NCBI RefSeq assembly: GCF_006345805.1
Contig: NC_043000.1
Coordinates: forward strand, 29,450,001 to 29,514,000
DNA length: 64,000 nucleotides
From: Octopus sinensis
Lineage: Eukaryota
Reading direction: 5' to 3'
The position numbers and the translations under genes are program-made. The notes beneath the pieces were generated by a model that saw only the letters and a program-made list of their open reading frames with translations, searched no databases and was not told the DNA's origin. How positions within the stretch are numbered: the stretch's first letter is position 1; each line of letters starts with the position of its first letter. Positions 38,433-52,270 of this stretch are shown here, piece after piece.

Positions 38433-40010
38433 CTAGCATTATGATCCGTCGTTGCCGGGTGATAGTGCTAGTGCACGTATATATGTGTATATATATGTGT
38501 ACATATTACATGTACATCTATATATATACATCTACACATAAAACACAAAATACAAAGTTATATCTTGATATCACTAGTGATAACAATACTCAAAATACAT
38601 AACAGACAGGAATTGTAGGCCCGTCTCTTGCAATTTCGATCAATCGTATCTTGTCCTCCCTCTTGTATAGAAGTGTGGCTACAACCCAGCCTACTCTACT
38701 TCTTGGGGGACATTTTAAATTTTTATCCGGGACGTCCTACGTCCCAGATATAAAGGTAAAAGTAAAATATTTCCACTTTGCAAGGTTCGAGTCGAGTACT
38801 CCCTTGCTCGCTCCGTTGACTCGAACCTTGCTTCTATTGTGGCGAATTTACCGCCTCTAGTTAGATATCTTTCATAGTCGCACCAAGACACTTTTCGATG
38901 GTGCTTTCCTCCATGTGTTCAAATCTTTTTTTCTCTACACTGTATACTTTATAGACAATAGTCTTTTCTTTAATATAATTTTTTATTTCGTTTGGTGGTG
39001 TTATCCTAGATTCACCGTCTTTGTCGGTGATCAATCCGTATTTCTTCCATTTTAATTTCAATGAGTTCGCGCCCACTGACGTCTGCAGCGAAATTCATTT
39101 TTGGACTTTCTTCTATCGAAGGCATTCTAACAAAAATGCTTCCGTGTAAACGGTGAAAATATTGTCAATTTCCCCAAACAGGGACACAATTCAATTTTTA
39201 AACAATAACCAAAGCTCCTTCTCCCAAATGCAACACAACAATGTTTCCTTTACGAGGAACCAATAAACGTGATAACAATAGTTAAACAGTAATAATAATT
39301 ACTTACGACAAACCTTACGATGAGTCAGAAAGCAGTAAGCAGTTGAAGCTTTAGTCCTTTATGTATAAGAAATAAACTAACAGGAGCGGATGTTCGAGAA
39401 AACAGATATTACATACAGCCAAACATCATATAGATACTTAATGCTAACTAATTAGCAGATAATCTAATGTAAAAGTCGTGGTAAAGGGTATTGCACACCT
39501 TTATCTGTACTATTCCATTTCTGCACGCTAATTTTAGTTTTAATTTATTCCCATTCATGTGAAATCACTTATTCAAGTTCAAGTCATTGATGCAATTTTA
39601 TACCAATTGCTATTTTTACTTTTGTTATGTTACGATTATATTATACTTTAGTTTGATTTTAATTATTACTTACTACATATAATTCAATTGTTATTATTTT
39701 TGTTATTGTTAAAGTGAAATCATCAGACATAAAATAGAGAAATGTTTGTTTCACTTTTAACACGTAAACCTGATATAGTGGAGAAGATATGATATTGCTA
39801 TGGGCTCGCTCTAGGCAAGAAGTTGAACATTTTTTTGCCCATGAAACTACATGGACCCTATGTAAGGCATGTGTAAAATTTGAATGAAATTGGTTGTGTA
39901 GTTCTCAAGTTTTAGGGAATCGTAGTGGAGAAGATATGATACTGCTGTGGGCAAAAAGTTCAAAATTTTTTTGCCGATGACAGTCCCCGGACCCTTGTCT
40001 ATATAAATGT
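38433..40010 (-). mobile_element. non-autonomous Helitron (3' CTAG end at 38433; body about 39420-40010; 5' end not seen)
   Basis: tactagca...ccgtcgttgccggg terminus like 453; gtgtaaaatttgaatgaaattggttg resembles the 750-780 segment; internal tandem duplication gtggagaagatatgat at about 39778 and 39925. Confidence 0.55.
38600..39100 (-). pseudogene. Tx1/L1-type ORF1 (gag-like) fragment
   Basis: EKTIVYKVYS...IEKCL...LTRGGKFATIEARFESTERAREYSTRTLQSGNILLLPLYLGRR, alignable by eye to the ORF1 at 50.6-51.3 kb. Confidence 0.6.
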
Positions 40011-40464
40011 GGATAGGCTGATTAGCTTCTGTATGTCCCGATGTCGCTTAATCGGAAATATAGGAGGTAAGTTTTCCTAGCATTTCTAGATTTATTTACC
40101 GGAATATTATGTTGATGAAGGAAGTGAATCATATGATTCTAATCCAGAAATGTGCGTCCATAATTGACCGTGGACTGCTTGATTTCGTTATTTTTTTTAT
40201 TTTTTGCCATATATGAGTTACAAATATTGTTGTCTGTGGAGACACATTTTTGTAGTAAAAGGAAATAGCAGTCCTCTGGCTGCTATTTCTAAAACTTTCG
40301 GTATGTGGTCAAGAATCTTGTTGCAAAGACCCATATAGTTATAATTATATAAACTTTTACCGAATATGGTCCTTTTCCATACCGAAATACTACGAGGTGA
40401 AATTTGTTGATTTTATTAAATTAATTATATTTCACCCTTTATCTGTAATATATATATATATATA

Positions 40465-40740
40465 TATCACGTGATCACGTGACCGACCAGACCATCAGAT
40501 GTCGTTACACATCGCTGGTCACAATGCTTTCGCATTGTTTTAGCCTTTGAATGACGCCACCCCGCCGGCTAACAGAAGAAAGAGTGAGAGAAAGAGTGGT
40601 GAAAGAGTACATCAGGTATCACCACCCCCTGCCGGAGCATCGTGGAGCTTTTTGGTGTTTTCACTGAATAAACACTCACAACGCCTGGTCTGGGAATCGA
40701 AACCGCGATCCTACGACCGCGAGTCCGCTGCCCTAACCAT
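40465..40740 (-). mobile_element. SINE family C head joined to a different SINE-like 3' segment
   Basis: gggaatcgaaaccgcgatcctacgaccgcgagtccgctgccctaacca is the reverse of the tRNA head. Confidence 0.75.
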
Positions 40741-40984
40741 ATATATTTAAGTAGTTTATAGTTGTTTCTGCTTTACGTGAAAGTCACCTGATACATCCCA
40801 ACATACCAACATATACACAGTTTTTGAAAGTCATAAAACTGATTCAAAGGATGTTTCTTCCATTGCTGTGTGTGAGTTTTACATGTGTCATGCATGGCAC
40901 GCAATGGTATATACATATAAAGACACACACTGACATACAAATGTGCCGCTAGAACCTTTGAACCTTGATAACTCTGAGCAGTAA

Positions 40985-41300
40985 TGGACTTCAATCTAAC
41001 TTTAGGCACTTCCAGCACATATAGAAAACCTAATGAAGTCACAGAGTACATTCACAAATTCTCTAATCATCCTACAAACATTCTGACAAAAATTATCTCT
41101 AATGAGGAGACTTTTAAATACGCTGCCAAATAATGCCTTCAGCGAATGGGACATAACTAAAGATGGAAAGGAATAAAACTTCCCCAAGTATGCCCTTATG
41201 CTAAAATCATCGAAAAGGGAAAACAATAAGGTATAATCCCCTCTTTCAGTTTGTGTATTAGAACACAACTAAAGAGGTTTATTCAATAATTTTATAAGCT
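40985..41300 (+). pseudogene. Penelope-like RT C-terminal/linker remnant
   Basis: DFNLTLGTSSTYRKPNEVTEYIHKFSNHPTNIL...ISNEETFKYAA...YNP.FSLCIRT (YRKP, SNHP and NPP motifs of PLE proteins). Confidence 0.7.
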
Positions 41301-41688
41301 ATCAAATGAATGAGTTTCTAAATGCCCTTGATCCCTTTTGGACCTAGCATAACGCCTTTTGTGAGACTTTTTGGAGCTTCCCCACTAACTGACATTTTCC
41401 TAGGTTTAGCATTCTCTGCTCGTAAACATATGACTGGATGCATATGGCTTTTGTAGACTCCCGCCTTTAGACTTTCGAAATATACTCCGTTACATCCAGC
41501 AAGCGTAGTGGGCAAATCTCCTACGTACACACCAATGCACCAAACAGTCACAATGTCATTTTATGATTTCTACAAGATACTTAAAAAGAATTAAAAATCA
41601 TGTAATGAGTGCTTTATGACTACACACATACACGCATACACATATATATGTATATATATATAATATAGACATATATATGTAATATATA

Positions 41689-41747
<59 letters not shown>

Positions 41748-41904
41748 TTATATCTATACATACACACACACACACATATATACAGGAATATATATTCTTT
41801 TATATATATGTATATATATGTATATATATATATATACATATATATATTTATATCTATACATACACACATACACACATATATAAGGAATATATATTCTTTT
41901 ATTC

Positions 41905-42770
41905 TTTTTGTTCTTTTACTTTTTTCAGTCATTTGACTGCGTCCATACTGGAGCACCACCTTTAGACGAAGAAATCGACCCCAGAACTTATTTTTGTAGG
42001 CCTAGTACTTATTTTATCGTTCTTGTTTGTCGACGGGGACGTAAACACACCAACATCGGTTGTCATGCGATGGTGATGGGGACAAACACAGACACATACA
42101 CATGTACATACATATATTATATATATATATATATTATATATATACACACACATACATTCAAGGGGCTTCTTTCAGTTTATGTCAACAAAATCCACTCATG
42201 AAGGCTCTGGTCGGCTCGAGGCTATAGCAGAAGAACTTACCCAAGGTGTCACGCAGTGAGACTGAACCCAGAACCATATGATTGGGAAGCAAGTTTCTTA
42301 CTACACAGCCACGCATATATATATAAATTTATATTCATATATATATATCTATATACATATACTGATGCATATACATATATACATAAACATATATGTATAT
42401 ATATATATATATCTACACGCACACACACGTATGCGACGTGTTTCCTTCAGTTTCCGTCTACCAAATCCACTCACAAGGCTGGCTGGTCCGTGGGTATAGT
42501 AGAAGGCATTTGCCCAAGCTCTCACGCAGTTGGACTGAACCCGGAATCGTGTGGTTGGGAAGCAAACATCTTACCACACAGCCACACCCGCTCTTGCATG
42601 TATGTACATATATATATATATATATATATAATATATGTGTGTGTGTATGTGTGTGTGTGTGTGAGTATGTGTGTGTGTTTTTGTGTGTGTGTATCTATTT
42701 TTCATTTTTATCTCGAGGCGGTGCTCCAGCATGGCCGCAGTCGCATGACTGAAACAGGTAGAAGAGTAAA
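41905..42770 (-). mobile_element. cluster of SINE A copies (41905-42315 minus, 42430-42592 minus, short plus tail 42715-42770)
   Basis: Family-diagnostic motifs as in 34886-35293. Confidence 0.8.
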
Positions 42771-42833
42771 AGTTGTATGGTACACATATACATCTATATC
42801 TAAACATATACATGCCCCCATAAACACACAAAC

Positions 42834-42864
<31 letters not shown>

Positions 42865-43289
42865 CGTATGTATGTATGTATGTATGTATGTACGTATGTA
42901 TGTATGTGTGTGTGTGAGAGAGAGAGAGAAAGAGAGAGATAGAGAAAGGTTTTTGTGTTTTAATTCTTTAGAAATTCGACAGTTTGTTAATAATATATTT
43001 GCATCGATGTATTTACTTGCTACTTGTGAGTCCGTTTCAAAGTAGTTTTCTATCCACTTCATATTTCGACGCACAGACAGATATTTAAATTTCTCTGCAC
43101 AGGTGGAATAAATATATCATAAAAGCCACTCTATTGGCATAAATGCAAGAAGCTACAACCCCCGCCACCCTTATTAGAACAACAAGAAATTTATAAATGA
43201 TTAAGGAAAAAAAAAATCTCAATTTGTCCCTGGGGGAAGAAATGAAATTTTAATAAAAGGCAATCTTTTGTGTCTTCGTTTTTGTTATC

Positions 43290-43503
43290 TTTGAGAGGGA
43301 AAAGAGAAAGGGTATGAGTAATGAAGAAAGAGAGAGAGAGAGTGTGTATGTGTGTGTGGGTGAGAAGGTAGAGAGAGAAAGAGAGAGGGAGAGGGAGAAT
43401 AAGTATAAGAGTATGAGAAAGTGGAAATAAATAGCGATGTGGGATATAAAGTGAAGTGAGAAACGGAGAGAAAGAAAGAGAAGGATGAGAGTGACGAAGA
43501 GAG

Positions 43504-43552
<49 letters not shown>

Positions 43553-43600
43553 ATAAAAGAGGAGTGAGGGAGAGAAAGATTGAAGGAAGGAAATAAAAAA
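43290..43600. repeat. purine-rich (GA)n low-complexity tract
   Basis: Strong purine strand bias over about 300 bp. Confidence 0.85.
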
Positions 43601-43642
43601 GTTATATATATTTATATATACATTCATACATGTATATATATA

Positions 43643-43701
<59 letters not shown>

Positions 43702-43762
43702 ATATGTATGTATGTATATATATGTATATATATTTATATATATACATTCATACATGTATATA

Positions 43763-43800
<38 letters not shown>

Positions 43801-45722
43801 GTATATATATATGTCTGTGTGTGTGTGTGTGCAGAGAGGAAACGGTGCAGAACTTTCTCGATACGAAGATTTCTCTATACGAAGCTAACAATAAAATACG
43901 AGCAAAATAATGCGGGATACGATTTTATAATAGAAACAAAAAGTGTTCTTTTTGTTTATCGTTTAGATTTTACTTTCAACTGAAGTTCGTTCTGCCTCTT
44001 ATTCTCTCTAAATTTCTTTTTCTCCCAATCTCTCAATCTTTCTAATTATACTCTCTTCCTTTCTGTCTCTCTACTTCTCTTGCTCTCTGTGTGTCTGTCT
44101 CTCATTCTCTTCCTATCCCTCTGTGTTTTTTTTTTAAATCCCTGTTCTTATCTATTCTCCACAAGATAGTTCCAGAACAAAAAGCAAGCATCTTCAGAGA
44201 ATCAATAGAAGAAAACAAAATAAGTTGCAAATAGATAGAGGAAAAGAAATACAATAAATTACTGCAAAAGAAATTTTTGCAGCTATATTTATAGATTAAA
44301 ACAAATGATATTATTCCAGAACAAAAAAAAAATTATATTTCGAAATAAATATTAACCGTTTATCTGTTCTCTTCTGGCGTTAAAGGAAGATGAGCGAATA
44401 GAACTAATCGAGACTGTATTTATTGAGAGAGGTTATTCTTTGCGACGCCATTCTAACTAAATAAAATATTTGATTTTGCCGTTAAATAATTACCAACAGA
44501 TTTTCAAAACTGTTAAATGTTTCTTCGACTCTAAAACTAAGAATCTGCTTAAAAACTTTGCTTTATTCGCAGCTTCACTGCAATCTTGTTATTGAAAGAG
44601 ATTTATGGTTTTATTTTTCACTTAGCTTTTAAAAATCAGTAATTGAAAATTCATGGAAGGGGAGATAATGATCAACGGTGAACAAAATTGCAGTGTAACG
44701 TGGCTAGTCAGCCATTTTGGATAGTTTTGGTGAATACGTAGCATAAATATAAAATTATTTGAGCGTTATACAGTAAGAAGTTATTTTTATAATTTGTTTA
44801 ATTCTGAATTTAGAAAATAGAAAAAATTCCAGCTTTGAAGAGAATACATTTCTTAGAAAAATTCAAAATCAGTTCAAGCTTGCTACAAAAAAAAAAAAAA
44901 AATAATAAATAAATAAAAGGAAACAAACAAACAGGCTAAAATGTAAATTTAAAAAAAACGGTACAAAATGAACGAAAATAATAGATAAGAGACGATATGC
45001 AGCCTGTTATAATTCACAGCTATGTCTTTTGAAAGTTTATCGATTGAAAATAATCAATATTTAATATCAAAAGATTTGTGTTGATAATTGAACTTTTATT
45101 TTTCACTTTACATCTATTTCTCCGCCTATTTGCATCTCGCTCAGGTAGACACACATGTATGTAGGTAGCGCAAGGAGTGTCTGGTAAAATAACGCGGATA
45201 ATTGTGTTATATGGGAGTTTGTTCAACATTATATTAATAGGGAACGCAAAACTTTACAACTATCAGCTCATATGATTAGTTACAATATTACCACTGTTGT
45301 AACTACTTGTTTGGGATTTTGGAGTCTCTGGTCTGCATTTTGCTCTTTCTTGATTGGCTGAGGAATTTTTATGCAGTATAATTATAAAAATACCGAAGCA
45401 TTAATGTAAATACTACGAAATTTACATATTACCTTTAAGTTTATATAACCTATATTCATTCAGATGATAATGCCTATGGACGGTTTTGCTCAATGGAACG
45501 TATGTTTCCTGAGATTCAACTTTCCAACCCGGTTTCAGTTCTCAGGTGTAGATTTTTAACCATTTGTCTGATCAAAGTATTTCCGTAAATTCCACCAAAT
45601 AGACCATGCCTGTTTTCTGACTTTTAGTTGACCCTTGAGCAGTATAAAGCTTTCCTTTCATAAGTCCCAAGTTATTCTGGTGGTTGAAAAAAATGATAGT
45701 ATAATGTTTATCATATATGGAT

Positions 45723-46195
45723 AAGGCGACGAACTGACAGAATCGTTAGTACATATTTCTTTATTGCCCACAAGGGGCTAAACATAGAGGGGACAAACAA
45801 GGACAGACAAAGGGATTAAGCCGATTACATCGACCCCAGTGCGTAACAGGTACTTTATTTAATGACCCCGAAAGGATGAAAGGCAAAGTCGACTTCAGCG
45901 GAAGTTGAACTCAGAACGTAAATGCAGACGAAATACAGCTAAGCATTTCGCCCGGCGCGCTAACGTCTCTGCCAGCTCGCCGCCTTAACTGACGGAGTCG
46001 TTAGTATACCGGACAAAATGCTGAGCGGCATTTAGTCCGCCTTTACATTCTGAGTTCAAATTCGACTGATATCGACTTTCCTTTTCATCCTCTCGGGGTC
46101 GATAAGCTAAGTACCAGGTAGTTGAACACACTGGGGTCGATGTAATCGACTTACATCCTCCCCTTAACTTGCAGGCCCTGTGCCAAAATTTGAAG
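45723..46195. mobile_element. SINE B (minus, 45752-45986) inserted into SINE B (plus) with a 20-bp target-site duplication
   Basis: aactgacagaatcgttagta (45732-45751) and aactgacggagtcgttagta (45987-46006) flank the inverted copy. Confidence 0.85.
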
Positions 46196-47454
46196 CTACT
46201 ATTTGATGCATGGGTGCGAGGGAAATATGTCCTGTGTATCAAATGATACATAGAATATTCAAAGACTTTGCTTTTACTTCTAATAGATTTTAGAGTATAT
46301 GTCTTCGCTCTTATCACACCAGAATTAATTGAGATGATCCACCTTTTACGAACACTTTTGACTGGCAGAAATAACAGTCAAATATCCTTAAAATATCCAA
46401 ATGAAGGGAAGATGGATAGGCAATGTAGTTCTAGATATACCACACCCCTAAAATAGAAAACAATGTTTTTTCATCATATATATTGTAGATCTTGTTTGAT
46501 CAGGAACTAATCACAAAAATAATAATGGTGACGGCCTCTGGCTGTGTGTCACATGAAACAACCAGATAGCTTTTAGGTGGTTATTTATAATACTAGAAAT
46601 AACAGCTAAATTCCCACATATATCCTTCACTACCGTTTGTGAAAATTAAAGAACGCGTTTGATAATATGAATTTATAAAGAAAGGGTAAGGACGCTTTTG
46701 ATGGTTGGTAGATTCTGACAACTTTGATCTGTGGTTAAAGAATATCAAACACTTTTGATCATGAAATGACCAACAATTGGCACTGTTTCATTTCAATAAA
46801 GATAAATAAATACAAGTTAAATAAATAAATAATATTCATCCATAGAATTAATTTGATTTAGAAGGAGCCACTTGGATAACAGAACTAGTAGAGTGGTGTC
46901 GGGGTGCCACCCTTTGCAGTATTTAGTTAACGCTTTGTTTTTTAATTTCTGACTAATACTATGCCAGAACTTGCTTTGGTTTCCATCGTTTTATGATCAA
47001 TAAAATAATTAACACTGATATATCAAAGGTCATGCCAACTCACTACGGCCTTTCTCGATAGGTTTGTGGCATTGTGCCAATGCAGGAAATCAATAAATCT
47101 GATTTGAAAAATAAATTAAAAAATCTTCTTTTTTTTTTTTTTGGTTTTTGTTTAGAATTATGCCGCATGACTGTGTGGCTAAGAAGTCCGTTTCGCAACT
47201 ACATGGTTTCGGGTTCAGTTCCATTGTGTGGCGCTTTGTGCGAGTGTCTTCTCTACTAGAGCCTCGAGTCGAAAAATGCCCTAGGAGTAAATTTGTTAAA
47301 CGGAATCAAGTGGAAAGCGTGTGGAAAACTATCGCATACATACATACATACATACATACATACTACATACATATATGTATGTATATATAATATATATATT
47401 ATATATATATATAATATAAATCTATATATATATATATATATCTTATATATAATA

Positions 47455-49012
47455 ATTGTGTACAGTGCTCAGGTGCACTACAACTCATCTAAAGTGTATA
47501 TATAATCGGTGTAGTTTCGGCGGATTTCGGAAAGCATGAGGGCCTTAAAGGATGCAGTGTCATGGCAGTCAACAACTGACGCAGGCAGTTTATTCCATGC
47601 TTCAGCAACTCTGAGCGTGAAAAATGTTTCCGAAAGTCATGGGAGCTGTGTTGTTTTCTGACTTTGTAGGCATGTCCACGTGTGTTAGACACATGGAGAT
47701 CAAAAAGGTGTTCAGTGTTGTTGTTGGTGAGGTGGTTGATAACTTTGTGGGTGTTTACCAAGTCCGTCGCCAGACGCCGGAGCTTCAGTGAATCCATGCC
47801 TAGGGAAACAAGGCGCTCAGAATATGGTAGGTGTCTGATGGAGGGTATGCGTTTGTTGCACGTCTCTGGACAGATTCCAGGAGTCAATGTTCTGAGCAAG
47901 ATAGGGGTTCCAAACTGATGATGCGAATTCCAAGTGTGGTCGTACCATAGCTGTATACAGTTTTAAATAGATGGCTGGAGAGCGGCTAAAAAAGTCTTGC
48001 TGAGTGATGCCAAGACAACCTCGGCCTTCTTGACAATTTTAGAGATATGCTTTGTCCAACGCAAATCACTGCTGACAGTGATGCCTAGGTCACGCTCGCA
48101 AGAGGATTTCTTGATATCAGTATGTGAGGGGAGTATGTGGACGCAGGGTTTTTTCTCCCAAAATGCATGGTGGTACACTTGTCCACAGCCAGTTTCAGTT
48201 GCCAGTCTGTGATCCATTGCTGCATGTGTCTAGGTCTGATTGCAGGAAAGAGTTGTAGACATCAGGATCTGTCCTCTTGATTTCAAGGTACAGCTTGATG
48301 TCGTCTGCATATTTCAATACTGTGGCATTCTTTAAATTGGCATCTATGTCATTAATGTATGCCACAAACAAGAGGGGACCAAGGACAGATCCCTGTGGTA
48401 CACCCGATGACATCTCATATGGTGTAGAATGCTGTTCTAGAACTGTGTCGGCTGAGGATGAAGGATTTCAACCAGTTAAAAAGGTCATCCCCCACACCCA
48501 TTGCAGAGAGTTTCACCATAAGCCTTTTGTGTGGCACAGAGTTGAAAGCCTTAGCAAAGTCAAGGTAGACAACATCCACCCATGAGCCACTGTCAGTGAT
48601 CTGAGTAATGTCCTCAAGGAACTCGACAAGCTGATCACTGCAGCTGGAGTTAGGGACAAATCCATATTGTGAGGGTCGGATAAGACTGTGAGAGCTCCAG
48701 AAGTTCCAGAGTGTTTCTCTGACACACGATTCCATCAGTCTTGCAATACAGCTAGTGAGACTGACTGGGCGATAATTGACAGGTGATGTGCGGTCGCCCT
48801 TTTTGAACAGAGGAATGACACTGGCAGTTTTCCACTGCTCCGGAGTAGCACCATTGTTGAGACAGTACTGGAAAAAAATAGAAAGCTGGTGTAAAAGGAA
48901 GTACCTGCCACGTTTGAGAAGCAGGTATGTAACTCCATCGAGACCAGGGGAGGAATAGTTGCGCTTATTTTGAAGGTGACGTCGCAGCATTGCAGGTGTA
49001 AATTCCATAGTT
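47455..49012 (-). mobile_element. 5'-truncated CR1-group LINE with frameshifted RT domain
   Basis: [92 protein letters not shown]. Confidence 0.92.
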
Positions 49013-49052
49013 GTTATGGAATTTATATATATATATATATGGAATTTATATG

Positions 49053-49114
<62 letters not shown>

Positions 49115-49116
<2 letters not shown>

Positions 49117-49430
49117 TGTTACTCCATCGGTTACTACGACGAGGGTTCCTACTTCTGAAATTAACCTGCAAGTGGCTGATCACTCCACAGACACGTGTAC
49201 CTGTAACGTAGTTCCCGAGGGAGACACAGCGTGACACAGAGTGTGACAAGGCTGGCCGTTTGAAATACAGGTACAACAGAAACAGGAGGAAAGGGTGAGA
49301 GAAAGTTGTGGTGAAAGCGTGGAGCTTTAGGTGTTTTCGCTCAACGAACACTCACAACGCCCGGTCTGGGAATCGAAACTGCGATCCCACACCGCGAGTT
49401 CGCTGCCCTAACCACTGGGTCATTGCGCCT
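49115..49430 (-). mobile_element. SINE family C
   Basis: Reverse of the tRNA head ggcgcaatgacccagtggttagggcagcg...gtttcgattcccagaccggg plus shared body. Confidence 0.85.
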
Positions 49431-49450
49431 CCACACACACAAGTATATAT

Positions 49451-49543
<93 letters not shown>

Positions 49544-49944
49544 ATGGGTGTATATGTATATATACTATATATATATATACTTATATTTACATATACAATA
49601 TATACATATATACGCATATGTGTGCATGTGTCTTTGTCCTCTCACCGCTTGAAAACCGGTTTGGTTTGTTTACGTCCGTTACCTATCGGTTCTGCAAATA
49701 GTCTGCGGCACTAAAAACCTGACTTAATAAAGCGTAAATGCTAGTGGCTATTTGTTCAATCAAACACCTGCAAGGCCGTGTTCCAGCAACCCAATGAGAT
49801 AAACAAATGAGCGTTAACGCATAACATAAATACGTTTTTGTGCATTTTAGTCGTGGGTCATGTTCTAAATATTGGCTATATTCTGGTTTATATTCTGACA
49901 ATAGTCTAATGCATAAATATATAATCAAGCGATCTTTACAATTA

Positions 49945-51350
49945 TGATATCCAGTTCCGGTCGTTTAGTTCTCTTCTTGACACCGTTGGTGTGCAGCTGA
50001 CGAAAATTGTATTGAAAGACGCTCTACTGTAAGGTAAGACCTTTTTTGCTCTTTGAATTTAGTGAGGATCCGTTGTTTGTGAGATTTATTTTTTGTACAG
50101 GCAAGGGGTCCTCACTGGATTCTGAGCTTTTGGTCTGACTGCTGTAGAGACGGGTGTTTTTCTCTCTTAGCTATGAGAACTGCTGTCTGGAGATGTGTTT
50201 CGCATCCAAACTAATTTCATTTGAGAGTTGAATTATTCTCAATTATTTGCGAGAACTGTGTTTGTCTGCCTGCATGAAAGTTCTTTTTGAAAAATATGTT
50301 CAAGTAATTACACAAGGAATTATACATGGATTGAAAAAAGAGGTGAAAACCAGGATTACTGTGTGGCAAAAAAATATATTTGTCTTTGCTGCATTTTGAA
50401 CTCTCGTTCTCTCCTGTCGTTTATTTGAAGAAAAAAAAACTGTATTGAACTGTTTATTTTTATTTTTTCTTCCCTTTTTGTTAAGACTTTCCTTTAGTTT
50501 TTCTCTCTGTATTAATTAAAAATTTTTTGTGGATTATATTTAGAACTTTTATTTTGTACGTGGCAGAGAACAAAGTTGTTGAATGGGAGTTGACACCTCC
50601 CAAAAAATGGCTTGAGGAGTTTGAAAGGAAGACGGTGGTATTGAGGATTTACTCCAAGTCCCTCGACACCATCCATAGCCGTCTTCCAGAAAAACATAAT
50701 TGAAAAAGAGCTGGCAGATTATATACCAACAGCTATTAAATATATCTCTCGGGGGGTCAAATTTGCAACGGTGTGGCTACTGTTTGACTCCCCCGAAGAA
50801 GCTTGCGAATTCGCAAGCCAGCCCCTGGAGGGCAGGGAAATTTTGTTCCTTCCAACTTATTGTGGAAAGATGTTGATAAAGGCTTGGGTCTGTGGTTTCG
50901 TACCCGGAACTGATACTCGAGTGGATAAAAGACACTATCCGCCGGGGTCTGGATGGAAGCAGTACCAAGCTACTCAATGTAAAAATTTTGCCTGTGGCTG
51001 ATTGGGAGGGGTCAAAAGCTGTTTCTACCCTATGGACCCACTCAGCCGAAAATCTTGTTTTTCCACATTTTTAAAGGATGGCCGGGTCTAGGTATCCGGT
51101 GAGGCTTGAGGGACGACCCCACCCCCTGTGTCACATGTGCCTGGAACCGGGCCATATCAAGAAGAATTGCCCCAAGGACCAAAATAAGGTACTGGAGCAG
51201 TTGATAGAAGTACCACTCCCTGCTCCCTCATTGGAGGGAGAGAAGGAGGAAGTCGAGGAGGTGGAAACCTCCTCGAAAAAAGGAAGAAAATGAGGGCTGC
51301 AAGAGGAAAGGAGGATCTGCGGGACAAGGCAGAGGAACACCACCCTCCCC
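49945..51350 (+). mobile_element. Tx1/L1-type 5' region: putative 5' UTR plus frameshifted ORF1 with CCHC knuckle; no ORF2 follows
   Basis: EEFERKTVVLRIYSK...IIEKELADY...YISRGVKFATVWLLFDSPEEACEFASQPL...FLPTYCGK...[19 protein letters not shown] (CX2CX4HX4C), acidic/basic tail, then (TA)n. Confidence 0.7.
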
Positions 51351-51444
51351 TGTGTATATATATATATGTATATATGTATATGTATATATATATATATGTG
51401 TGTGTGTGTGTATAGGTATATATATGTATGTATGTATATGTATA

Positions 51445-51480
<36 letters not shown>

Positions 51481-51879
51481 AGTATACGTATATGTATTAC
51501 TTGATTTCACTCCTACCCATCTCTCCTCTCTTCCTTTCTTCACTCCTACACTACCACCTTCTCCCTTCATTGATACCCCTCCACCCACATGCCACTCCAC
51601 ACCCATATACCCTACACCACATAGCCCACCTTACTTTCCTACCCCACTTCCTATTCCACCCCATCTCCACCTCCATCACCTCCATATACTATCATCCACA
51701 TACCCACACATTACACATGCACACACCCATACGTCAAAGTTACTAGCCCCTATCCACACACATACACACTTACACATTCTCACATACACACATGCACACG
51801 CGCACCTTCATTTTGGTATCACCAATACTTTATTATCTCTTCTTCTTTCTACCTTTCTTATCAAACATTTATTTCCCAG

Positions 51880-52085
51880 GCAGCCGTCATGCTTGATCGC
51901 TAAATACACAAGTGTTTTTTAAAATTCTCTCTCTGTATATTTTCTCTTATTCCTTTCTGTTGAAGAGCGTAGGCTCGAATCGTAAACAACTTTCTCACTT
52001 TACCGGGCATCAAACTAATACATCTGCTTGTTGTTCATATACCTGTCTTCGCCTTTTGTTTTTCTGTAAATTTCAACTACATATG
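51880..52085 (+). mobile_element. Penelope pLTR-like repeat with decayed hammerhead
   Basis: cttt CTGtTGA a GAGC gtag GCTC GAAtCGTA; homologous to 10518-10712 (minus). Confidence 0.6.
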
Positions 52086-52198
52086 TATATTGAAATATAT
52101 ATATATATATACATACATAAATACATGCATAAATACATACAAACATACACACAAACACACGCACACACACACACACACACACAACACACACACACACA

Positions 52199-52229
<31 letters not shown>

Positions 52230-52231
52230 CA

Positions 52232-52270
<39 letters not shown>

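Noticed and set aside
38779-38831. 14-bp perfect inverted repeat gcaaggttcgagtc/gactcgaaccttgc as terminator or pre-miRNA
   Set aside because: Lies within decayed ORF1 coding sequence; no independent support for an RNA gene.
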